Origin: Phoronis australis
Taxonomy: Eukaryota; Animalia; Phoronida
DNA: 64,000 bases
Direction: 5' to 3'
NCBI GenBank assembly: GCA_002633005.1
Contig: NMRA01000449.1
Span: 62,001-126,000 of the forward strand
The notes below the pieces were generated by a model that worked only from the letters and a program-made list of their open reading frames with translations, was not told the origin of the DNA and ran no database searches. Of this stretch, positions 26,801-38,800 are shown in pieces. Position numbers and translations under genes: made by a program. Position 1 is the stretch's first letter; every line of letters begins with the position of its first letter.

Positions 26801-29800
26801 CTGAGATAAGTGTGTAATTTAAAACAATGTTAGTTCAAAACCCCTAAGTTGTGTAGTCTGGTGGTGTTGGGATACATGTACGAGCCATAGAGATTACATT
26901 AGAGTAGAGACGACGCACTTAGCACCATTTTTATACTTTTGAGCTGACCTTTCCAAATGGCGTCTCGGTTTTCTTCTTGACCCTAATGCGAAAGATGAAG
27001 TTTCTAGTATACAAACAGGGGAAGGGGTATCGACAATCACATGTTTGAATTCCTCAGGTGTTTGATTGCGGCAGAAAACGTCCCGGAAACAACTGACGGC
27101 GCATGACTTGGTAACGCAATCTTGTGTTCTTTCCCCTCGTGGCCAAAGCTAAAGCACTTACTAACTGGTCAAAGTGGCCAGGCTGAATAAAAAAATAATT
27201 ACACGTTGTACCAGACGTGAGCAGGCCGCCCATTGCACTGATCACCTGGAAACATTTTTGTGCTTTATTAATATATAGTTAAAACCGAGCTGAGGAACTA
27301 TAAACCTGACTCAAGGGTCTTGTAGTGTGGCTGAACAAGGAAGCACGAAACCTAGGTGCTTGGCAACGCAAAACAGCCTACTGATATTTAAGAGCGAGGC
27401 AATAATAAAGGATGGTTAGTGGAATAATCTTAGTGATGGAATAATCTTAGGTTCACTGTGAGTGTTCATTTGATTATCTAAAATTTTGCAGAAAGTGGTC
27501 CGACCAATCAGAGAAGTGGAGCAACTAAGAACCCTCTAAAAACCAGACTGATTCTCGATGCCGACTTCTGGTTTACAAACCAATCAGATGCTAATTAGCC
27601 ACCACCAAATCAGAGTAGAACGTTGTTATGGTCATGGCAGGTTTCAGTATAGAATTGAAAGTGTCGTAACTCACCGATTTAATGTCAAATTTCAGAACTT
27701 CTTTCATGTAAGTTGGCAAGCTGGTTAGAAGAGTGTACGTCCCCCAATTGTTGCAGATGTGTGTGAACATTATACCATACACGGGAAGGCTGGTGAAAAT
27801 CGCCTTCCACGGCACTGGCTGTAGGTAAACAAAGATTGTGTAGGTGGTTTCTTAAGACAAAAACATTTTATTCCATTTGGAGCCCAGGTGCACATGAAAC
27901 TATCAGATAGGTTTTCTTAACCAGCCTTTATAATTTAACGATGACCTTGGTGTCAGACAAAGAACTGTATTTAGTAAAAAATGATGCCATAGACGATGTT
28001 ATGTTAAACTTTAAATTTATTGTAGTTGTTTTAGATATCAAAACTTTATGGAATCTAATGGTATAATGTCATTATTACATGTGTAACAAAAAGTTGGCGT
28101 TGATAGTTTTGCCGATTTCGAATACTTCAAAGAAGTGGTATGAGGGAGTGGACATATATGTATTTGTGCACATTTGAATTATTGTTCCGACGTCTCAAAG
28201 ACTGATTCAAGTAGTCCAAATAATTAAATGGAACACAGGAACACACATTTTTTTCACGAAAGAGGTTTACTTGCTTACATACTGCATAACAAAAGACACA
28301 ACAATTAGGTGACTTCAGTTTAAAGAATTTTGATAACGAATTCATTTTTAAAAATAATTTAATTCCAGTTACACATTGAAAGTGTAATATTTATGGTAAT
28401 AAAACAGTAAATATGCCCTCTAACGAGAAAAATCTTCGTGGATAAGAAAGATCAATATGTAATCCACATGAAAACAAAATAAAAATTAGAAAATAATATT
28501 AAACTGCTACAGACCGCCTTCCTACAAAAATAACTTTTGAATAAGATCTTATGTTGTCTTAAGTCGTCATGGAATTGGTTTGAACCTGTTTTCTATTCAG
28601 ATGAGAACGGGTTTTGAGTGGTTCAGACCAGGTTCAACAAGTTGAAATGATAAAGCGGCCATTTTGTGGCCCGAGCATTTGTTTCAAGTGATAACGAGGA
28701 AACAGTTCTTTCCGAGTCCAGGAGACACTCATCTGAGGAAGGAACAAGTTGAGACCAGTGATAAGTCTTCTAAATCAAAGGTTCATTTTTGTGCGAAGTG
28801 GGTGTACAACTAATGTTTATAACAGCAGGTAAAATCTTTAAGCCAATTTGCTTGAGTGTTACCTGTTTTTCAACTTTGTCTCCGATACTCTCCTCTATGA
28901 ATTCCCTCTCCACTTTGGTAATCCGTGGATGTTTGGCAGGACTGTCGTAGATACAGAACCACCAAAGGAGGAGAAGCACAAAGTTGCATATGGCTGAAAC
29001 AGACGCAGAGATCAATCTGGAACTACATTTTGTTATTCAACGCCTCCAATAATGATATCAATATTGGAAATATATCATTCCGTTCAAAAACCATGGAAGA
29101 TTATAATAATGAGATTTATGGCACTGACATAAATCCTATTATTTGGGCAAATACCATTATACAGCCCTTCATGCTTCACATCCAACTTCTAGTTAGTTCC
29201 TATCAAGTCCGATGGTAGCGCTGTTTTTTTCTCTTCAGTTTCCTGTTGGCCCAGCCTCAAGCAACAGTACATGCACTCGTAAGTTTTCCTAATTAGACAA
29301 TTTTATACCGAGTAGACGCCTTCCCGTTTGTCGTTAATTGTCCTGGACACAAGTAACTTCCCGCATTTATTACTTTTAGCCACAGATTGGCTTTCCTAAC
29401 GGCCGATTTCTTTCTCTAATATCCCTCAAACCCAAACCAATCCCTCCCCAATTTCGGCTACGCCTCCGCACATGACCCTGGTTCCAAACAACGACTTCTC
29501 TGGGTATAAGTGGAATATCTTGCGACAATCCCCGTCTGCTTTGGGGAGGAGACCCAGCGGCGAGATACAAATGTTATCAATAGGGCGTGTAAGACAGGGC
29601 CTGCCATGCGGCCCAGGTCCCATTCTTTCATGAGTTTGTCCGAGTTATTGATATCAGGTTTCTTGCTGTGGTGTGTTTTTTGTGCCCGGGTATTGTAACC
29701 TAAAGCTATTTTAAGCCTTGATAAAGGAGTGAAGCACAGTTGGTGTCCGGGTACCCATGTAGAATGCGTTTGCGTGCCAGCGGTTTGACAAGCGTGTGAC

Positions 29801-32800
29801 CTAGACTCCAGACATTCTTATGGTTTGGGTGCATGGTGGATACTGGAATTACATAACACTAGACTTACTTGGTACTATTCCAACAGGACTGTCCAGTGGA
29901 CAGAAGGTATTATTGATGTAAACATATGAGATTTACAATGGTTGAGACCTAGAAGGGAATCTATCGCATATCACGGCGGAGCCTGGTGAGGTAAGGCTCG
30001 AAAGCGCCGCGTCTCACACCGAAGTGTCCTGATATAGCGCACAACCATTTCGGTGGGTTTATCAGCAGCTAAAAATAAACCAAAAAACTTTTCTTCGGAT
30101 GTCACTTTTAATATTTTATTCGACTTCGCCTCTGGCCTTAAGCGCGTACGAATGTTTGTCTACTCTTTTGACTCGCAAAGTTCCTTCCGCTCAAAAAGAT
30201 AAAAATACTTTAAATAACAAAAATAAAAACAAAAATCAAAAAAATAACACATAATAAAAAAAATAAATAAAACGTACACTAAAACATTGCTAAAAATAAA
30301 TAAATAATAATTGAAAAAAAACAATCCAAAAATAATAATAGTAAAAATAATGATAATAATAATAATAATAAAAACATAATAATAGCAAAACACGTTTAAA
30401 CATTTGAAAAGATTTGTGGCAATTGATCTCACATAATGCTTCACATTTCGTCCTCTTGGCATAATTTTTAACCTATTCCAACCGCGCTTAAGTTACGGTA
30501 ATGCGTCAACTTTGTTTTCGTCCGCTTCGTGGTCAAGCATTTACCACCATGACGATTTTCGAATAGACGACTACTGTAGCGGCCGATAGGCGGACGTAGA
30601 GATCGACGAGATCACGTCACACATGCTTGCTAATTTGTCCACTCCCCTGGCGAGTATAGCTTCGTGGTACGAAATCCGCGCTCGAGTGCCTCCACAGCGA
30701 GGGCACGAACGTCGTCAGCTGTTTTTCAGTGCCCGGTTGCAAGGAACAGCCACAAACAGGGACTCAACTAAGTTCCATAAGTCTTCTTCGTATTTGTGTC
30801 TTTGTGTACTCACAAATGATATTTTTCTATCTCGTTATAATTAAAATCCACAAATGCTGCGAAAAGTGAAAGAACATAACCGAGTCCCTGCAAAACAAAA
30901 TTAAATCAATTTCTAGACTTACTTTATATAAATGATAACGTAGCGTCTTCATCTCGGAGACATCTACAGATCGTCTGAAGTTGATGTGCTGGCGTGTCGG
31001 CATTGGCTGAGATTGTTGTCACATGGGTTGTAACATAATGTCTTTGGTTGGTGACGTAATACATTGTTACAAACAGCTGATAGATTGTATTTAAATTATG
31101 AGTTTTCTATGGACAATGTGGTGATCCTTGATACTGAGGATTGGTTTTCCCATGGCGTGAGAGAAGCGATCCACGAGAGAATTGGGTCCCCCAGCCTCAA
31201 CAGACACGGAGGACTTAGATATAATCAGCTGTTTGGAACAATGTATTACCTGTACGTCACCAACCAAAGAAATTATGTTCCGCCAATGCCGTCACGCCGC
31301 AAGTTTAGTTTTCAACTTTCGCCGCCGACTAACCTGTTTGGTTTATGTTCGTAATGTCTCCAGTCCGGCCGAAGGGACTGATAGGGTTCAAGCGAACTAC
31401 TGCGTTATAACGAGCGTTGTGTGTTTAGAACTGAAAAAATCTCAACTAAAAATTACAACATACGTTTATGCTCTCCTGTCTGTCTGTCTGTCTGTATTTT
31501 ACGGAAGAACAATTATAATTTATCACCGAAGAGACTCCAAACTTCCCACGATCGACCTCGGAAAGTTGGCCTACGGAACTTTATAGGATGCGGTACGTTC
31601 AGAATTGCTATAAATCCGTAACAGCGAAATAAGCTCATTTGTTTAAAAACTGAATGCGTTTGTAAGGGTTTTTACATCGAATTTTGACGATTTATTGGTG
31701 TAAAACGATGAATTCAAGCAATAAGCTGACACCAGTAAACTCCTTGTGAACTGCTGAGGAGACTGTTATAACCCTTTGACGTCATTGGTTAATTTCAGCA
31801 CCTCCGTCTGCCGTGTAGTATCAGGTAAAAGAACTGAACTTGCTGTTATCGAGTGGAACTACTCAATCTAAATTGATACAAAATACGTTGTTTTTTTCGG
31901 TGGCATTCTTCTTTAAGGTCTCTTGAAAAATCTGTCAAGTCATTTTTACAATAATCAAACTATCCCAAAACTAAAATGGCTTTCAGGTAGTGCAACTGTA
32001 GACTAATCCTTTCGATAACCAACTGTTGTCGATATATCCCAGCTATAAACCATTGCTTCAAGTTACAGCAAAATTTCTTTCACAGTTTTGACAATAATCA
32101 AGGTCAAGCAACAACCTACTGAAAATGGCCAAAAGGTGGTGCTGAAGTACTGATTGATGTACACGAGTACACACCATACATGTCTGTGCGTCAAATTCCA
32201 TCAAAATCTGGCACGCGATTTGACAATATTCGATGAAAAAGGAAAACGCTGTCGAAAACTTAAATGGCCAACAGGGGTGCTACTGCAGTCAGATCGAAAA
32301 AACCAACTGGTGCTGGAGCACCCCCGCCATATATCCTTGTTTGAAATTTTGTCAAAATCTGTCTTACCGTTTTGATAAACAAGCAGTATCGTAGTCAAGA
32401 AATAAAACGGCACACAGGGGTTTCCACGGTAATCGCACTCGTCGGCAAACCGACTCATGCCCGTGTAAATCAACCTTGAACCCTTTTGTCAAAATTCATA
32501 AGAACTTGTCAAGCCGTTATAATAATAATAGACGGACAAGGATATTGTAAGTTGTGAAAATCGAGTCGCCTATTACCTAAACGAAAGTATATAAAAACGA
32601 CCTCATTTAAAGGTCGCTTACAGTACATATAAAATATCATATTTGACTTCGACGGACCACGATTTTCAACACAGATCGCTACTACGTCGATTCTGAACTT
32701 ATCGGGAAATAAAGGAGATATCATCGTGATTCGATCTCGGTACCTTCAGGTTCACAAGCCCTTACTTTATCTCTGCGCCTTAATCACGTCATGAAACTCG

Positions 32801-35800
32801 AAAGTGTTTTAAGCCTTTTATGTCATCCTTAGTTTCCAAGTAACATTGAAATACGAACCACCTGGTGATTCATGATTATATTAATTGGTGTTTGAGATCC
32901 AACATTCTGACATCGGTAAAAGTCAATAATTGTAGAATAAGACATTTTCTCACGTGACCTGGAATTTATTAGGACATGACTGGTTAATAGCACCGAGTAC
33001 GTAATTTTTTGGTATTACATGGGCGAGTCACAAAGTAGTGCAAAGTAGAACTCCATACGCCTTACATTTTATCGTATGCAAAACACTAATACCAACAACC
33101 TAACACGCACCAATCAAGCAATGCCGGAATTCCGTGAAGAAGACAAGGTAATGCGGTGCCGCAACTGTACGTACTACAAGTCCTAAGGACGTGCAAACAA
33201 CTTCTTAAACGGACCCATCTTCGGCGACGAATTCCATATACACGTTCACTTAACCGGAGACGAACCACCACTCAAGAAACGTGGTGAAACTGTCTAGATG
33301 TGCTGTCTCAAAATTAATTCAGTGGTCACGCGCGGGAATCCCTGCTGACTATTCATAAAAATTTGTTAAGTTTTAATGATACAACTCCAAAGACTATTAG
33401 ATTCTAATTTGAACATTTGTTGCGAAAGCTGAATGCAACTGTACAAATGTTAAGTTTAAAATAAAGCTGTTTGCAAAAAGTAACTGAGGTTACCTTAAAT
33501 TGCGCAAGCGTGTTTTTACAAAAGTTGCGTCATGTGGTTAAAAGTTTTATACACGTCGAGTTTTTCAGCAAAAAAGATCGTTTGTATGGTTCAAATCCTA
33601 CACTCGTCTCATGTTTATGACATGGACAAATCCAAGCCTTGGGAATTTGACGAAATTTCCAAGAGGTTTTGCCCATGTCCTAAACCTGAGACGAGTGTAG
33701 GATTCTATATTTCTATTCAACCTTTATATTTTCTTGATTTTGTTTTTGAATTGTGTGAAATAGAGCGTTTTGTAAATTGTTATAATTTATAAACATGCTT
33801 CACACCATCCAACCAATTGAATATTGCTATCAAATATTCAGCACACGTACTTTGCATCAACAGCTTGCCAAAACATGTACCTGACACGTAAAATATTGAC
33901 GGCCACCCTCCTGCAAAACCGTTAACACAGAGAACACCAGAGCCAGACAGAGTAATTACGTTGCCCACCATAGTCCCAGCGTAGCAGAACGCTATCAGTT
34001 TGGTTCGTTCGAACATCGGCGCCCATTTTCCCCAAAGAGCGTTCATTGCCGGAAATGCAACACCCTGAAAATGAATACGAGATGCAAGTCATGCATTCAT
34101 ACTAACGGAATCGGAGTATAGTTGCTATTAGAATAATTAGTAGTATTAGCAACAGCTGTGGAGGTGGTAAGCGGCAATGAACATATGAAAGTTTTTTTTT
34201 CTGGTGGAAGGCAAAGGAAACTAGAAAGATTATTGTCACGGCATGACAATAATGGACTCTGCGCGTGCGTATTACTGGAGTTATTTTGGGAAGTTACTCA
34301 CAGCAACCCGTTTACCAATATGAAAGGGAATTCTTGTAGGAGAAATTACATGTTAATATTTTGATGATCTTTCCACTAATTGACCTCTTCCGGTGCATTA
34401 TGAACCCCGATGAGGGAATAATTGTAAACTCGATTTCAAGTGTGGTTAATGCTAAGAATCACAGATAATTTACTTTAAGCACTTCAGAATACAAGATGAA
34501 TGAATTGGTCAAACTTTCAGAAGAAAAATGCACCTAATGACCCCATGGGTGCGCCGAATGACCTGAAAATTTAGAATTCAAACTCAATCAGACCTGTCAA
34601 TTTGAAGTGTCTAGCTCAAAATTTTAGTTTGCACCTAATGACTTTAACCTATTTCACCTGATTGGATGACCCGATTACTTAGAAAAGTAATTTTTTAAAT
34701 TGTCATGTTGACATATACCTGTGCACCGAATTTGAAAAAGATAGCTTTAAAACTGAAAGAGGATTAGCATTTTGAATATTATATGACCTTTGCATCAAAC
34801 GACCTCTGCCGGTGCAATATGGAATATGATTATATAACCAATCAAAATTTATATACTGTCAAAAGTCATACTTATACCTGTGCACCGAATTTGAAAAGAA
34901 TAGCTTTAAAAATGAAGAAGGAGTAGCATTTTGAAAATTACATGACCTTTGCGCCAAATGACCTCTTCCGGTGCAATATGGATTATGATTATATAACGAA
35001 TCAAAATTTATGTACTGCCAAAAATCACATGGAGAATTTAAAGAACATACCTGCACCCATTTTGAAGTTATTAAGCCTCAAAGTTGGTCGGAAGAAGAAT
35101 AAGAAGAATAAGAATAAGAAGTAGAAAGATTATTGTCACGGCGTGACAATAATGGACCCTGCGCGTGCGTATTACTGGAATTGTTATGGGAAGTTACTGA
35201 CAGCAACCCGTTTACCAATATGAAAAGGAATTCTTTAAAATTGCAGGAGAAATTACATATTAATTTTTTGATGACCTTTCCACTAATTGACCTCTTCCGG
35301 GGCATTATGAGCCCCGATGAGGGAGTAATTGTTAACTCGATTACAAGTGTGGTTAATGCTAATAATCACAGATGTTTTACTTTAAGTACTTCACAATACA
35401 AGATGAATGAAGTGGTCAAACTTTCATAAGAAAAATGCACCTAATGACCCCATGGGTGCACCAAATGACCTGAAAATTTAGAATTCAAACTCAATCGCAC
35501 TTAGTAAACAGATACGTAATTCTGAAGTCTCTAGCTCAAAATTTTAGTTTGCACTCAATGACCTTTGACATATTTTTCCGGATTGGTTAGGCCTATTGCG
35601 AAGTAAAGTAGGGTATTCACTTGGCATGTTGACTTACACCAGTGTGCTGGAATTGAAAAGAATTCCTTGAAAAACGTAAGAGATATAACATTTTGAACAT
35701 TACATAACCTTTGCACTAATTGACCTTATCCGGTGCATTTTAAGCATCTTTAGGAGAATTATTGCAAAGCCCGTGGAAAATGTGTTTAACGCTAAGAATC

Positions 35801-38800
35801 ACAGTTGTCTAACGGTTGACACATCAGTATACTTGCTGATTGAAAAGGTCAAATTTTAATAAGAAAAATACACCTAATGACCCCATGTTTGCACTAAATG
35901 ATCTGAAACTTTGGATTCTGATTTGATTTACCTGTGACTATCAGACCTGTCAATTTGAAGTGTCTAGCTCAAAATTTTAGTTTGCACCTAATGACCTTTG
36001 ACCTATTTCACCTGATTGGATGACCCGATTACTTAGAAATAAAAGTAATTTTTTAAATTGTCATGGTGACATATACCTGTGCACCGAATTTGAAAAAGAT
36101 AGCTTTAAAACTGAAGGAGGAGTGGCATTTTGAAAATTATATGACCTTTGCACCAAACGACCTGTTCCGGTGCAATATGGAATATGATTATATAACCAAT
36201 CAAAATTTATATACTGTGAAAAGTAATATGCTGAATTTAAAGACCGTACCTGCACCCAATTTTTAGTTATTAAGCCTCAAAGTTGGTTGGAAGAAGAATA
36301 AGAAGAAAAATAAAATTGAAGAAAACCCAGGAACAACAGTACTGTGCACTTACACGCGCAGAGTAATAAAATTGAAGAAAACCCAGGAACAGCAGTACTC
36401 TGCGCTTACACACTCAGAGTAATGAGTAAGCAACCACCAATCGTCCAGTAACTTTGCGCAACATAGACTTCATGCATGTAAGGTTCACGTAGCTTTACGG
36501 TTGATAGGCAACTCAATGACAGCATCATGGGCGACGGAAGCGATGGAGGCGGCGGCGTTAGCAAAACGAACAGCGGCAGAAGGAGCAGTTAAATGATCAG
36601 TAGTAGCTGTAACATTAGTAATAGTTCTGGCTGCCGTAGCAGCCGTCCTAATAGTAGTAGTAGTAGCAGTAGCACAACAATTAGCTGTAGCAGCACCTGT
36701 TGACGTAGTATTTTATGCAGTAGTACTCGACGAAGATAAAAACATACCGTTGCCAGCCCAAGAAGGACCCTCAAGGCCATCAGTAAATACGGTCCAACGG
36801 TGTCTGGTTCATAGCTGGCAGCCAGTGGGGTAAATACGGTAGACAGGAATGACAATGTCATTCCGACCATCATGACAATTTTCCCGCCAAATCGTTCAGC
36901 AAGCCAACCACCAGGAACTTGGGTAACCATGTAGCCATAGAAGAAAGACGATAATATGTAGCCTTGTAACGATTTGTCCCACTGGAACGTTCCGGGCTTT
37001 AACGATAGAAGAAAACTAGTTTAAAGAAGTGAGTCCAACGTTTCAACGGAATTCAATTCATCGTTCTCATGGAGTTCACCAAACCCAACAACAGATTCGC
37101 AAGAAACAAAATCAACTGAACCACTTGTAAAGCAGTCACATACAAAGATCAAAGCTACCCGCAAAGGGTGAGCTCAACCGACCCCAGGTTGCCATTCAGG
37201 GAAGCCCTCGTATTCAGATCAACAATCGTACGGTTCTCCTTAATAGCCAATCTGAATCTATTTCATCATTTCGAAGAATTGCAGGATTAGCTTTATCCAT
37301 TACGTGGTCTGTTACCATAGAATGAATACAGAGAACATTACTGTCACTTTGAGAATGTTCTTTTGCTCTTTGGCCTAACCTCTTAGTATTCATCCCAACA
37401 TAAAACTGATCACACTCGCAGTAAAACCTGTATACAGCATTACACCTATGCAGCACTGACAAAGGGTCTGTAAGTTTTGAGAGCATTGATAACCTGCCAG
37501 ACGGTTTTAGTACAACAATCAGTTGTGGACATACACTAATCTGGTTAACAACTTTGCTACGGTGAAACCGTTATCATCTTTCGAAAGATGCCATAAAAGT
37601 TTGGGAAGTTGCGCGTGCATTTGTCACTAGCGTTCTATTTTCAAGTCAATGACAACCTTTTCTTTGTTACAAAAGTGAAGAATGACGCAAGATTCGACGT
37701 TCTACTATTTGCTTGTCATTCCGCCATATGCATTTTTTACCTAGCGGCGAATCTTGAACTAGAGCATTCACTTATATTATTGGCTGCCATTCGGGTTACT
37801 ACTAATTATACTATGGCGTCATCAGATCAAAATATGAAAGTAAAAATGACAGAAGATTTGATTTGTCGTCGTTAGAGAAAGGTAAAAAGAGGCGAAATAT
37901 AACCCAGTAAGACTGTTGATGGTTCCCTAAATAAAGATAATTTGATTTGATTAGTATTTTGCCCCCGTACTCGGATTTCTTTTTGCTTGATTTCCTTTTC
38001 ACATAATCGAAAGAAATTCGATAAACCTTCAAATCTGTCTGATGTGGCTAGCTGGCTTGCTAGCTTACAGTATGAATACTGCGAACTTCATCAGCATTAT
38101 AAAATGCAGTTCAAACTGCGACAATCCTGAATATTTTGGGAAGGTCCTAATTGCAATTTGACAATCGAATATTAGTGGTTTTAACAGGTCTTACTCTCCC
38201 GCCTACGTAATGTTGGAAACTCAAGTGAATATAGGGTCCTTTCACACTCAAAATGTCGGAGTGAACGCGCGAGACACAGCGTGAGTGCAATGTAATGGGC
38301 ATTGTTTTCCTTGGTTAACAAAACTGCAATTATTGTGAACTTAAACACATGAATGGTAGCCCATATCCTCAGAAAACGTTCTTGGTTTTGAAATACACAA
38401 AAGACAAACTATAAGCAGCTGAATAATTTGATAGAGAAAAACGAGCCGTTGCAAAACACAGCATCTGTAGGATAGCTGCGTATGAATTCCAATACCTTGA
38501 ACATCCTGTTTGAGATGTTCGCTTGAACACAGCCATCGGAAATTTCAGTGAGATTATCATCGTCAGCTTTCGACACGTTACGTGGCGCTACCATGCAAAC
38601 CATAGCCACACTAAGGTTTATTCGGACCATGTACACCACAGTGAAGCAATACAATCCAACGATCCCCATGAGGTAACGACATGACGTCCACGTGGGTACT
38701 TAAAACGAATCATATGTAAATATATTATTCAAAGAGATTGAAATCTTCACTTAAAGATGCCATGTCTCATTAAAACCAAGAATATTCAAATGTGTATCAG

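Noticed and set aside
30160-30462. Hydrophobic 100-aa ORF
   Set aside because: Translation of an A-rich low-complexity tract.
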